Assembly: GCA_008080735.1 (NCBI GenBank)
Contig: SHMW01000084.1
Coordinates: 1 to 18,610, forward strand
Source of the DNA: Promethearchaeota archaeon
GTDB taxonomy: Archaea > Asgardarchaeota > Lokiarchaeia > Sigyniarchaeales > SOKP01
Reading direction: 5' to 3'
Length of the DNA: 18,610 nt
Part shown: positions 8,141 to 17,364 of the stretch, piece by piece
How positions within the stretch are numbered: position 1 is the first letter of the stretch
How the letters are laid out: every line of letters starts with the position of its first letter
The notes under the pieces: generated by a model
Seen by the model: the letters and a program-made list of their open reading frames with translations, nothing else
Databases searched by the model: none
Told to the model about the DNA's origin: nothing
Made by a program: the position numbers and the translations under genes

Positions 8141-8557
8141 CTAAATCCATTCTATATTTTTGTATTTTTCTATTCCTTTCAACAATAAGGATTCTATTTC
8201 TTTAAGGAGAGAAGGATTAAGATTATTAATATTAAAGCACGATTTACCTTTTAAAAATTTATCCAAGTCTGGGCTAATATTTTGGAAATCATCTGGATGT
8301 GAATAGATTGGGCTAAAATAGAAACTTACGTAATTTTTCTGTTGAATTACTCCTGCGATGTAAGTCCTTTGTGGGTCTTTTCCAAATAGGCTGACTTCTT
8401 TATTACCATATACATGATAGGCCGGTTTTTGGTCCTTTGCCTTTGAGTCTATATATCGATCTGTGGTATAAAAATCGTTTGAGTGTTTTTCCAACACATC
8501 CTTTATTTTTAGGAAAATCTCATCTAAATTTTTCATATCAGAATTATTAAAACTCAC
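8141..8557 (-). CDS. DUF1801/YdhG-like small protein (alternative ATG start at 8536)
   Basis: AGVIQQKNYVSFYFSPIY and LKGKSCFNI pattern typical of DUF1801-like proteins. Confidence 0.7.
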   Translation of the reverse strand: MSFNNSDMKNLDEIFLKIKDVLEKHSNDFYTTDRYIDSKAKDQKPAYHVYGNKEVSLFGKDPQRTYIAGVIQQKNYVSFYFSPIYSHPDDFQNISPDLDKFLKGKSCFNINNLNPSLLKEIESLLLKGIEKYKNIEWI

Positions 8558-8824
8558 ACATTAAAAAAATTCTCTTATGGTCTAAAAATGAATATCAAAA
8601 TTTCGCGTTGATAAAAAGGTTCTAAGAGAGCTCTTCTTTATTTTTATAAATCTTTTAAAATATAAAAGAAAGGTTCCATAATCGTTTCTCTGGAAACATA
8701 AATATTATGTTTTTTAATCTTTGATTATAAGAATTCTAATATGCTCTGCATTATATTGATTTTTAATATACTTGATTTTAAAGAAAATATCAAAAAGTTA
8801 AAAACAATTTAAAGGTTAAATAAA

Positions 8825-9301
8825 ATGGCAGCAACTAAACTCGTAATCGGTAAAAAAGCACCAGAATTTTGTTTACCCGATATGAACGGAAAAGATGTAT
8901 GTTTAAAAGATTACAAAGGAAAAAATGTAATTTTATACTTCTATCCCAAAGATAATTCACCAAGTTGTACCACCGAAGCAATTGGCTTTACAAATATTTT
9001 GCCTGAATTGCTGGAGCTCAACGCCGAGGTGATTGGAATAAGTCCCGATAACCCAGAATCCCATAAAAAATTCATTGAAAAGAAAAATCTTAAGATCACC
9101 TTACTCAGTGATGAAGATAACGAGGTCTTGGAAAAATATGGCGCTTGGGGAATGAAGAAATTTAGAGGTAAGTCGTATATAGGAGTAATCCGAAGCACCT
9201 ATTTGATTAATAAAGATGGCATAATAGAATATCACTGGCCTAAAGTAAGTGTAAAAGGACACTCTGAAGACGTGAAAGAAAAACTAAGTGAAATTGAGTA
9301 A
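8825..9301 (+). CDS. bcp: BCP/PrxQ-family peroxiredoxin
   Basis: GKKAPEF, LYFYPKDNSPSCTTEA (peroxidatic Cys), GISPD..ESHKKF, LLSD, YGAW, RSTYLI (catalytic Arg), V.GH. Confidence 0.93.
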   Translation: MAATKLVIGKKAPEFCLPDMNGKDVCLKDYKGKNVILYFYPKDNSPSCTTEAIGFTNILPELLELNAEVIGISPDNPESHKKFIEKKNLKITLLSDEDNEVLEKYGAWGMKKFRGKSYIGVIRSTYLINKDGIIEYHWPKVSVKGHSEDVKEKLSEIE

Positions 9302-9466
9302 TTGGTTCGCTACAATTGCTATGATATCGATAAGAAAGGTAATATACATTTATTACTAATTTTATTTAAGTTTGATAAGTGAAGCGTTTAGGCAAATCTG
9401 GTAGGCAATAATATATCAAGCATTTTTTATAAATAATGTGAAAAATATTTAAATATTAATATCGCA

Positions 9467-10975
9467 GTGGATAAAATAATGATTAAAAGTATAAATCCCG
9501 CTACTCTTGAAGAAATTGGAGCAGTGGAAGAAACTCCGATAGAAAAGCTCGATGAAATATTTGAAAATTCTCGAAAAGCTCAAAAGATGTGGGCGAAAGT
9601 TCCCCTAGCTGAACGGGCAAGGAGAGTGGTGGATGTTAATAGAGTTATTTCAACTCAATTTGATGATATTTCGCACTTAATTTCACAGGAGGTCGGAAAA
9701 CCGCCAGATGAAGCATTTGTCAGTGAAGTATACGGCGTAGCAGACTCAACGTTTAATTATTACTCCAATGTGGTGGATATTTTAGGAAGAGAAGAAGAAG
9801 TTCCACTAGGATTTTATGAATCGTTAGATAAGAGAAGTCTGATTATTAGAAAACCAATTGGCGTGATTTGTGTAATAGGTCCTTATAATTATCCCTTTAC
9901 TATTCCATTTCAACAGATCGTTCAGAGTTTGATGGCAGGAAACAGTGTGGTATTCAAACCATCCTCAGAAACCGTCCTTACTGGAAAAAAAATCCAAGAA
10001 ATTTTCGATGAAATAGATTTACCAGAAAATTTGGTACAAACTGTTTTTGGAAGCGGTTCGAAATTAGGGAATCCATTGATTGATAATGCAGAGAAGGTAA
10101 TTTTTACTGGAAGTACCGCTACGGGGAAAAGAATAATGCAGAGAGGAGCAAATACACTCACTGATGTGGATCTTGAGTTGGGAGGTAAATCTGCGATGAT
10201 CGTATTTCCAGATGCGAATCTTGAAAGAGCTGTATTAGCGGCACGATGGGGTTGCTTTACCAATGCGGGACAGGTTTGTGCTTCGGTCAAACGATTATAT
10301 CTTCATAAAGATATATATGACGGATTTCTTGATGATTTAGTCAGAAAAACCAAGGAATTAAAACAAGATATTCCCACCAAACCGAATGTGGATGTTGGAG
10401 CGATGATCAACGAAGAACAATTGAATTGGGTGGAAAAAAGCGTCAAGGCGGGAATTGAAGAGGGAGCTGAAATATTAGTAGGAGGTCGTAGAAATCCAAA
10501 TTTTGAAGGTTATTTTTACGAACCAACAATAATGACTGCAGAGAGCAATGATATGAAAGTCGTTCAAGAGGAGATCTTTGGTCCCGTTTTAGTGGTGCTT
10601 AAATTTGAAGACGAGGAGCAAGTTATAGAGATGGTAAATGATAATCAATATGGGCTAACTTCAAGTGTCTGGACAGAAGATATTGAATTTGGTAAGAAAA
10701 TAGCAGAAGAGATAAATACCGGGTCCATAATGGTAAATGAGGTGGTCTACACGTTCGCGCTCGCACCAACTCCATGGGGAGGGACAAAAAACTCGGGAAT
10801 CGGTAGAACTCATGGGAAATTGGGTTTTTATGAAGTATCCCGTCCTTTACATATAAATATTGATGAGTACAAGGAGCCTGATCTCTGGTGGATGCCGTAT
10901 GATGAGAGTTACAAAGAAATAATCGAGAATTTCAAAAATATCGCATCAAGCTTGGTAGTTAAGGACAATTATTAA
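9467..10975 (+). CDS. NAD(P)-dependent aldehyde dehydrogenase (GTG start; ATG at 9479 is also plausible)
   Basis: SINPAT, PYNYPF, FKPS, FTGSTATG, LELGGKS (catalytic Glu), NAGQVCAS (catalytic Cys), EEIFGP, YGLTSSV, PWGG.K.SGIGR. Confidence 0.96.
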   Translation: MDKIMIKSINPATLEEIGAVEETPIEKLDEIFENSRKAQKMWAKVPLAERARRVVDVNRVISTQFDDISHLISQEVGKPPDEAFVSEVYGVADSTFNYYSNVVDILGREEEVPLGFYESLDKRSLIIRKPIGVICVIGPYNYPFTIPFQQIVQSLMAGNSVVFKPSSETVLTGKKIQEIFDEIDLPENLVQTVFGSGSKLGNPLIDNAEKVIFTGSTATGKRIMQRGANTLTDVDLELGGKSAMIVFPDANLERAVLAARWGCFTNAGQVCASVKRLYLHKDIYDGFLDDLVRKTKELKQDIPTKPNVDVGAMINEEQLNWVEKSVKAGIEEGAEILVGGRRNPNFEGYFYEPTIMTAESNDMKVVQEEIFGPVLVVLKFEDEEQVIEMVNDNQYGLTSSVWTEDIEFGKKIAEEINTGSIMVNEVVYTFALAPTPWGGTKNSGIGRTHGKLGFYEVSRPLHINIDEYKEPDLWWMPYDESYKEIIENFKNIASSLVVKDNY

Positions 10976-10996
10976 TCTCTTTTTTTATCTTTTTTT
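10976..10996 (+). terminator. Oligo-T terminator after ALDH
   Basis: Two T7 runs (10980-10986 and 10990-10996) immediately after the stop, in the short gap between convergent genes. Confidence 0.55.
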
Positions 10997-11004
10997 CGCT
11001 ATTG

Positions 11005-12192
11005 TCATATTCTCATATTAATAAATTTGCCCGTCTTCATTAATGAGCATGGTTCAAAATAGCTCTTATTGTTTTCGCCTGCAAATATTGTTAATTTATC
11101 TGACCAATTTTTATAATTGTGTTTTCCTGGGGTAAAAGGTGCTGGAGTTCCAATCCCAATCTTCATCACCTTTTCGATGATAGAATAGTTCGGCACGATA
11201 TTCTCTTCCAACATTTTACAGGATTCATTCAGCTGGATAGCTAATAGGAGTTCAGGATCTAAGAGTCCAGCTTTTTTGGTTTTATCAATTAAAGGCCTTC
11301 CATCTTCATCATAGGTGTAAAATCCCCTCCCGGTCTTTTTTCCATAATATCCATTCTTCACTAATTCAGTTAGGACATTTCCAGGAGCAAATTCCGGGGA
11401 TACTCGTTTTTCAAAGCTTTTTAGTGCCTTATAATTCGTATCTAATCCCAAATAATCACATAATTCATACGGACCCACTTTCATGAAGGGGTAGGCATCA
11501 GCATCCAATTGTTCTATTGGGATATCCTTCTCCGCTGCTTTATCCGCTAATATATTAAGATATAGATTTCCAGGGATTAGTAGACGGTTTGAGATAAAAC
11601 CTGGAGTATCTTTTTGGATAGGTGCTACAAACATTGTGCCATTTTTGGCGGGGATAGTTTTACAGAATTCTATAGTTCTGTGAAATACCTCGTCTCTCGT
11701 TTTTTCTCCCTTCATCACTTCAATACAACTTTGCATAAAAGGAGGGACGAAAAAATGCATACCGATGGTTTTTTCTGGTTTATTAGAGGCTTCTCCCAAT
11801 TCCGTTATCGTGAAAGTGGAGGTGTTTGACGCAATAATGGTATTACTGCCACTTTGATTCCCAATTTTACTGAGGAGATTTTTTTTTAATTCAATATCCT
11901 CCGGAATGACCTCTATTATTAGATCTGAATTAAACACTTTTCTATCTAATTGGGTCGAACTATTTAATTTGTTAACAATCCTTTCTGCGTCTCCATCGCG
12001 TTGGAAAAAATTTTTTGAACCTAATTTATGGATATATTTTTTTAAGGTGGATCGAGCCTTTTTTAGTGTGGTTTCGGAAATATCAATCAAATTAACTTTT
12101 TCCGCATTTGATAGCAAAAATATTTGTGCAATTCCGACGCCCATCGTACCAGCACCAATTACGGAAATCGTTTTAACATCTGTGTGCGTCAT
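11005..12192 (-). CDS. 3-hydroxyacyl-CoA dehydrogenase family protein with an extra C-terminal helical domain
   Basis: VIGAGTMG, IIEVIPE...K, ASNTST, IGMHFF (catalytic His), PGFISNR, GPYEL.DY.GLD, G.KTG.GFY, then a second LNES..MLEE..V-type C-terminal repeat. Confidence 0.93.
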   Translation of the reverse strand: MTHTDVKTISVIGAGTMGVGIAQIFLLSNAEKVNLIDISETTLKKARSTLKKYIHKLGSKNFFQRDGDAERIVNKLNSSTQLDRKVFNSDLIIEVIPEDIELKKNLLSKIGNQSGSNTIIASNTSTFTITELGEASNKPEKTIGMHFFVPPFMQSCIEVMKGEKTRDEVFHRTIEFCKTIPAKNGTMFVAPIQKDTPGFISNRLLIPGNLYLNILADKAAEKDIPIEQLDADAYPFMKVGPYELCDYLGLDTNYKALKSFEKRVSPEFAPGNVLTELVKNGYYGKKTGRGFYTYDEDGRPLIDKTKKAGLLDPELLLAIQLNESCKMLEENIVPNYSIIEKVMKIGIGTPAPFTPGKHNYKNWSDKLTIFAGENNKSYFEPCSLMKTGKFINMRI

Positions 12193-12427
12193 TTAATTAA
12201 GCTGAAGGATTTTGAATCATTATTTATGATATTTATTATCTCTTGGAAATAAAAATATTAAACCACAAATTAATTTAATCATTTACTTTAGGGGAGTGTA
12301 GTTCATTTTTAAATTCTATAATTATTTGCATTAGAACCAGTATATACAAAAATTAAGTGTATAAATTTAAAAGGATCCAATTTCATTATTTTTAAAAGAA
12401 TCTATTACAGAGGTGTCTATAAATAAC

Positions 12428-12958
12428 ATGTCATTACAAAGTACACGCGAATTTATATTAGAAGAGAAAATAGGTAGCTTGAAAGATAAAGTCTACGTCT
12501 ATAATACAGAGAAAGAAAAGCTGGGATATTTTAAAGGGAAACTAATCAAAATCGGAAATACATTCCGACTTTATGACACGAATGATACTCCACTCTACAC
12601 GATCGATGAGAAATTAATTTCGATGCGCTCCACTTACACTTTTTATAAAGGTGGAGAAAAAGAAGACGAAAATATGCTTGGAAAGATGAAATCGAAACTC
12701 ATCTCAATTAGACCGAAGTATTATTTTGAAGATCCCGATGGAGAGGAATTATTTGAAGCGAAAGGAAAGATTTGGAAATTAAAATATGATATTAAAAAGG
12801 ATGGAGATAAAGTCGCTGAAATCAATCAAAAGCTTTTCAAAAGCATAATTAAGGATAGTTATGGAGTGAAAATAAAAGAGGATGTATCCGATGAGACCGC
12901 CATGATTATATTAGGAATGGTTATTATGCTTCATCATGAAAAAGAAGAGAATGACTAG
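12428..12958 (+). CDS. LURP-one-related/scramblase-like (Tubby C-terminal-like beta-barrel) protein
   Basis: Repeated beta-hairpin pattern (EKLISMRSTY / SKLISIRPKY), G..VAEI.QK...IKDSYGV.I, and a C-terminal hydrophobic helix (AMIILGMVIML). ATG 12428 follows an SD-like GAGGTG at 12410-12415; the ORF track uses GTG 12413. Confidence 0.8.
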   Translation: MSLQSTREFILEEKIGSLKDKVYVYNTEKEKLGYFKGKLIKIGNTFRLYDTNDTPLYTIDEKLISMRSTYTFYKGGEKEDENMLGKMKSKLISIRPKYYFEDPDGEELFEAKGKIWKLKYDIKKDGDKVAEINQKLFKSIIKDSYGVKIKEDVSDETAMIILGMVIMLHHEKEEND

Positions 12959-13131
12959 ATTGGATTACTGAATTAATTTAAACAACTCTTTTACTTTTTA
13001 TTTTCTTGGTATTACTTTTAGCGTGAACTCAATTTTGCAGGAATTCTAAGTTCTAATAGGACTCTGAAAAGAATAAAGCTATAAATTGATTTCATATTTC
13101 TATTTGTATAAACAATCATGAATGGAAAAAT

Positions 13132-13995
13132 ATGAAAATCGATTTCCATTGTCACATCTTCCGTGGATTGAACTCGAAAAGTCAAATAGAGGACCAATTT
13201 AACAAAAAGTTTTCTGGCTATGGATTTTATGAACGTATAAAACAAGGAATAGCCGAGATTAAAACTATTGAAACAGACGATATTATAGAAAAAGTATTAT
13301 ATCATATCAAGCAAGCGAGGTTAGATAAAGTGGTGCTCCTTCCTCTTAGTATAAACGAAAATGAAAAAGTACTTAATTGGAAAAAAAGAGCGCCCGAGAT
13401 ATTCATCCCATTCTTCAATCCTCCGGAGCGACCGATGAAAGGAATCAATACAGAAAAAATACTGAAAAGCGCCATTGAGGAAGATGGGATCAGAGGATTG
13501 AAACTCATGAACCCCTTCCGTGAAAAACACCTAAACGATCCCGTACTATTGGAAGCATTTGAGCTTGCCGAGATTCATGAGTTAATTGTTTTAATGCATA
13601 CGGGATACCCACCTCCGGGAACAAGAAAAAACGTGTTAACATATGCAAATCCGCTGAAAATTGAAGATATCATCCAAAGATTTCCTGAGCTAAAAATCAT
13701 AATCGCGCATATGGGTTATCCATGGGTCGATGTTGCCCTCTCATTGGCAGTCCAATATCCTAATATTTATGTTGATATTAGTAATCTTACTTATATGATG
13801 CCCAAACGTTTAGCGAAGTTCCTTATTCGAGCAAAAGAACTAATCGGAACAGATAAAATTCTTTTTGGTTCAGATGGCTTTGTCCCGGAAATGATCGAGA
13901 TGAGCGTAAACTATTTTGAAGATATTGGTTTTCTTTCAAAAAATGAAATTGATAAGATTCTAGGATTAAATGCCAAGCGATTATTACATCTATAA
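13132..13995 (+). CDS. Amidohydrolase superfamily (amidohydrolase_2-type) metal-dependent hydrolase
   Basis: IDFHCH (HxH), GIRGLKL, LMHTG, FPELKIIIAHMG.P, NIYVDIS, KILFGSD, KILG.NA.RL. Confidence 0.92.
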   Translation: MKIDFHCHIFRGLNSKSQIEDQFNKKFSGYGFYERIKQGIAEIKTIETDDIIEKVLYHIKQARLDKVVLLPLSINENEKVLNWKKRAPEIFIPFFNPPERPMKGINTEKILKSAIEEDGIRGLKLMNPFREKHLNDPVLLEAFELAEIHELIVLMHTGYPPPGTRKNVLTYANPLKIEDIIQRFPELKIIIAHMGYPWVDVALSLAVQYPNIYVDISNLTYMMPKRLAKFLIRAKELIGTDKILFGSDGFVPEMIEMSVNYFEDIGFLSKNEIDKILGLNAKRLLHL

Positions 13996-14133
13996 AGGCT
14001 TGTTTCAGCGCTCATTTTATTTGAGTTAAGGCACTTTTAATCCAATGAAAGGAAATTTTAGAAATATAGAACATAAATATATTCGCAACATACTATTTAA
14101 TAACAAATCAAATAGAAAAAATAGGTGTTTTAA

Positions 14134-14937
14134 TTGAAATTTGTTGATTTATCCATTCCAATAATTAATCCAGATGAGGCGATCTTCGATCCTCCGTTAA
14201 CCCAACCGCAAATAGAATATAGTGCTCATGAAGAGGGTGCGAATCAGATGGGTTTTGTATTTCCTCGATTAAAACCAGAGAATCATCTTCCCGATGGAAA
14301 GGGTTGGGCAACTGAGACAATTACCTTAGGAACTCATAGCGGAACCCATATGGATGCTCCGTGGCATTTTGCTCCTATACAAGATAAGGAAACTGGAGAG
14401 CGCAAAGCGATGACAATCGATGAAATTCCACTTGAATGGTGTATCGCCCCCTTGGTAGTGTTGGATTGTACGGATTATAAAGAGGGATATGTAATGACCC
14501 CTGAAGATGTTGCTAGTAAATTGGAGGCAATTAATCATAAGCTTCAAGAAGGTGATGTGTTATGTGTCCATACAAATGCTCCAAAGCATTACGGAACAAA
14601 AGAGTATATTAATCATGGAGTTGGTGTCGGAAGAGAGGCAACTCTTCATATTCTACGACAAGGAGTCCATATTGTAGGTATAGATGCATGGAGTTGGGAT
14701 GCCCCATTTTCCTTGACTGCGAAGAAATGGAAAAAATCGGTGAGAGCAAAAGAGCCCGATACGTCTTTAATTTGGGAAGGACATTTTGCGGGGAGGGATC
14801 TTGGTTATTTTCAGATGGAAAAAATGTACAACTTAGATAAAGTCCCTCCGACTGGGGCCACTATCTATTGCTTTCCAATCAGAATCGCGCGAGCAAGCGC
14901 AGCGTGGGTTCGTGCTGTGGCAACCATTCCCGAATAG
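14134..14937 (+). CDS. Cyclase family (kynurenine formamidase/isatin hydrolase-like) metallohydrolase
   Basis: VDLS, HSGTHMDAPWH (HxGTHxDxPxH), VGIDAWSWD, H...QMEKMYNL, P..I..ASA...RAVA. TTG start with SD-like AGGTG about 7-11 nt upstream. Confidence 0.92.
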   Translation: MKFVDLSIPIINPDEAIFDPPLTQPQIEYSAHEEGANQMGFVFPRLKPENHLPDGKGWATETITLGTHSGTHMDAPWHFAPIQDKETGERKAMTIDEIPLEWCIAPLVVLDCTDYKEGYVMTPEDVASKLEAINHKLQEGDVLCVHTNAPKHYGTKEYINHGVGVGREATLHILRQGVHIVGIDAWSWDAPFSLTAKKWKKSVRAKEPDTSLIWEGHFAGRDLGYFQMEKMYNLDKVPPTGATIYCFPIRIARASAAWVRAVATIPE

Positions 14938-15046
14938 ATGTCCAATATACTTCTTATTTTCTTTTTTAAACTCGCAAGGGATTTCCTACAATATTAAAAA
15001 TAAGGAGTAATAAAAAATTAAAAATTGATAAATTTTCTTATTTCGC

Positions 15047-17260
15047 TTAATATTCGGTCTCAAAAGTTTCATCTACGAGCTGTTCTGCATCAGCGAACGG
15101 TGCTAGTGCCCCACTCCAGTCTTCCAGTGTTTCAGAATACTTATCTTGAAAAATATTTACAAAATGTTGCAACTGAGTTCGAACTTCTGATGATTGATTT
15201 CCCTTGATAAAGAGCGCTCCAAAGAGCTTTTTGCCATACTCAATTAATATTGTAATATCTCCATGATCAATAGTTTTAAGTGCTTCTGTACTCTTGGTGG
15301 TTTCCTTTATGAAAGACGTGATTGCCGAAAACATTCCAGAAATTAGTCCCGGATCTTGTGCGGCCTCTTCGGAAAATTCGTGATCATATACTCCTCTTCC
15401 ATCCTCATAGATAATATATAATGCTTGTTTTTTCACTCGTTCAAACCGATAGCTGAATTCAGGTTTCCATACCTCAATTCTCCCTTGGTTGTAGAGATAT
15501 TTCAAAACAAAATAAAATCTCTTAATCTCTTCCTCCTGTTGAGGTGTTAATTCTTTCAAGGTTTTGTCTCTTTCTAGGTCAGCCAATAAGGTCTGTACTT
15601 CTTCTCTAGCTTCTTCGGGAGTTGGTTGGGCAGAAAGTAGAGTCTTGGAGATAAAATAGTCGGAATTTTTATCGCGATAATCACTGTATGGTATGTAAGT
15701 GTCCACATTTGTAAAAATGACTTTTTTTACGTACTGTTCATCTATGGGAACATTTGCGATTTTAAACTTCTTGAGTAGATAATAGGTAAAACACCCCCAT
15801 AAGATGATGCTAAATACATATCTCGAATATATATAGGGAATTGCCAGAATGCCCAAGACTCCGCTTAGGTTTGCCTCAAATGCCGCAGTACGTAACGTAA
15901 AAAAGTCGAAGCCAAACAAAGAAGTAAAGCTCACTCTACCAGTTAACCAATATTCATCCGGAGCAAAATTGATTAATGGATTAAATCCAATTATCCGAAA
16001 TATAATTGAGAGTAAAATAACCGCGATCATAAATCCCAAGATACTTGTTAAAATGTCCCTTGAGAAACGAAATGTATAGATTAGGAATATAGTCGTTATA
16101 ATGATTGGAACTATTGCCAGTATGATAGTATCGATGAAAATCAAGAGGTCAAAAAGATAAGCGTCAAGAAGAGTAGGATCGGCATTAAAGAGCCCCGTAT
16201 TAAGAACAGTTTGTGGATCACTGAATATTTCAATAATGATAAAATTAAAAATTAGGGTGATTAGGAAGTAAACCACCGTTGCTATAACTCCAAATACTAA
16301 CCCATAATAAATTCCCGTCTTTTTTGATTCTCGAATTTTTCTTTTTTTGTTTTTCCACCAATCGACTATTTTAATTAGAATAAAGATTGAAATCTGCTCG
16401 AAAATATCTAAAAATAGTATAAAAATACCCGTTGCCATCAGAAAATATGCAAAAAAATACACAATAATATCAATTGACCCTAAATATTCAAGCAAAAACA
16501 AAAATATTGAGATAATTGAAATGGGAGTTCCGACCATATATAAACTTCGAAAAGTCTGTTCTCTCACTCGCTCACCGAAATAACGTCCTTTTATTGCCAC
16601 TTTACTTGAGTATAAAAGCTCGATACTAAAGATGAAGATAGCAAGATATACGAATAAGATTTCCAAAAACCAACCAAGGGCGGTCTCAGAAGTACTTAAG
16701 GAAAAATTCTGAAGGTTTGATACTTTTAAAATTGCTTGGAGGATATAGAGAGATACAGGAAGAAGTACAACCATCAACTTGAATATCTCTTTTTCACGCG
16801 TCCAATCTTTATTTAGCAACTCTTCTTTTATATTCTGGAGAGGGCTTTTTTCAAACTCATAGGTGGTCTGATTTAATATTTCCTCTGTAGTTCCCTCTTC
16901 TTTGCGTATTCGATTCCAAATCATTATAAACGATATTAACGGTGCAACGATGAAGATAAAGGGTAAAATCACCAATGGATAGGAAATGAAAATGGAAATC
17001 AACGAGAAAAAATGTATCGCCATGTAACCTAAGCTCAGCCCTCCTTGATCAGTGGAAACATCTAATTCATTGACGGGATTGTTAATTTGAAAAATAACTG
17101 GGAGAATCCAATAGATAAAATAAAAAATCGAGATTCCAACTACTATTCTCAAATATAACTTTCCAATCGCTCGATTCCAAAGAAATAGGAGGGGTAGAAA
17201 CATTATGATTACTGGTAGAATATTCAGCAAAATCGTAAGTATAATTTCTATCGCACTCAT
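15047..17260 (-). CDS. Polytopic membrane protein (~11-13 TM) with a C-terminal cytoplasmic longin/roadblock-like domain
   Basis: N-terminal ~495 aa consist of long hydrophobic segments. The C-terminal ~125 aa LYIIYEDGRGVY...DPGLISGMFSAITSFIKE...LKTIDHGDITILIEYG...F...F...Y...L.DWSG....F match the longin-like domain commonly appended to Asgard membrane proteins. Confidence 0.85.
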   Translation of the reverse strand: MSAIEIILTILLNILPVIIMFLPLLFLWNRAIGKLYLRIVVGISIFYFIYWILPVIFQINNPVNELDVSTDQGGLSLGYMAIHFFSLISIFISYPLVILPFIFIVAPLISFIMIWNRIRKEEGTTEEILNQTTYEFEKSPLQNIKEELLNKDWTREKEIFKLMVVLLPVSLYILQAILKVSNLQNFSLSTSETALGWFLEILFVYLAIFIFSIELLYSSKVAIKGRYFGERVREQTFRSLYMVGTPISIISIFLFLLEYLGSIDIIVYFFAYFLMATGIFILFLDIFEQISIFILIKIVDWWKNKKRKIRESKKTGIYYGLVFGVIATVVYFLITLIFNFIIIEIFSDPQTVLNTGLFNADPTLLDAYLFDLLIFIDTIILAIVPIIITTIFLIYTFRFSRDILTSILGFMIAVILLSIIFRIIGFNPLINFAPDEYWLTGRVSFTSLFGFDFFTLRTAAFEANLSGVLGILAIPYIYSRYVFSIILWGCFTYYLLKKFKIANVPIDEQYVKKVIFTNVDTYIPYSDYRDKNSDYFISKTLLSAQPTPEEAREEVQTLLADLERDKTLKELTPQQEEEIKRFYFVLKYLYNQGRIEVWKPEFSYRFERVKKQALYIIYEDGRGVYDHEFSEEAAQDPGLISGMFSAITSFIKETTKSTEALKTIDHGDITILIEYGKKLFGALFIKGNQSSEVRTQLQHFVNIFQDKYSETLEDWSGALAPFADAEQLVDETFETEY

Positions 17261-17364
17261 TTTTCTATAATATTAGTTTTTAGTTAATTTTTTGATATGT
17301 AAAATTAAATATATGTAATCCTCAATAATCAAATTAAAAATTTCGAATATTTTAATTCTTGTAT
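17261..17364. promoter_or_regulatory. Divergent promoter region between the membrane-longin gene and the HDAC gene
   Basis: About 100-bp very AT-rich spacer between head-to-head starts, with TATA-like TTAAATATA near 17306-17314. Confidence 0.4.

Noticed and set aside
776-16583. Short ORFs overlapping well-supported genes (776-1081, 1594-1899, 3946-4179, 7558-7893, 8941-9198, 9922-10290, 11614-11829, 11906-12196, 13018-13245, 13302-13508, 13321-13530, 14326-14547, 15025-15207, 15849-16079, 16347-16583)
   Set aside because: Antisense shadows of genes with clear family motifs; they have no recognisable motifs of their own.
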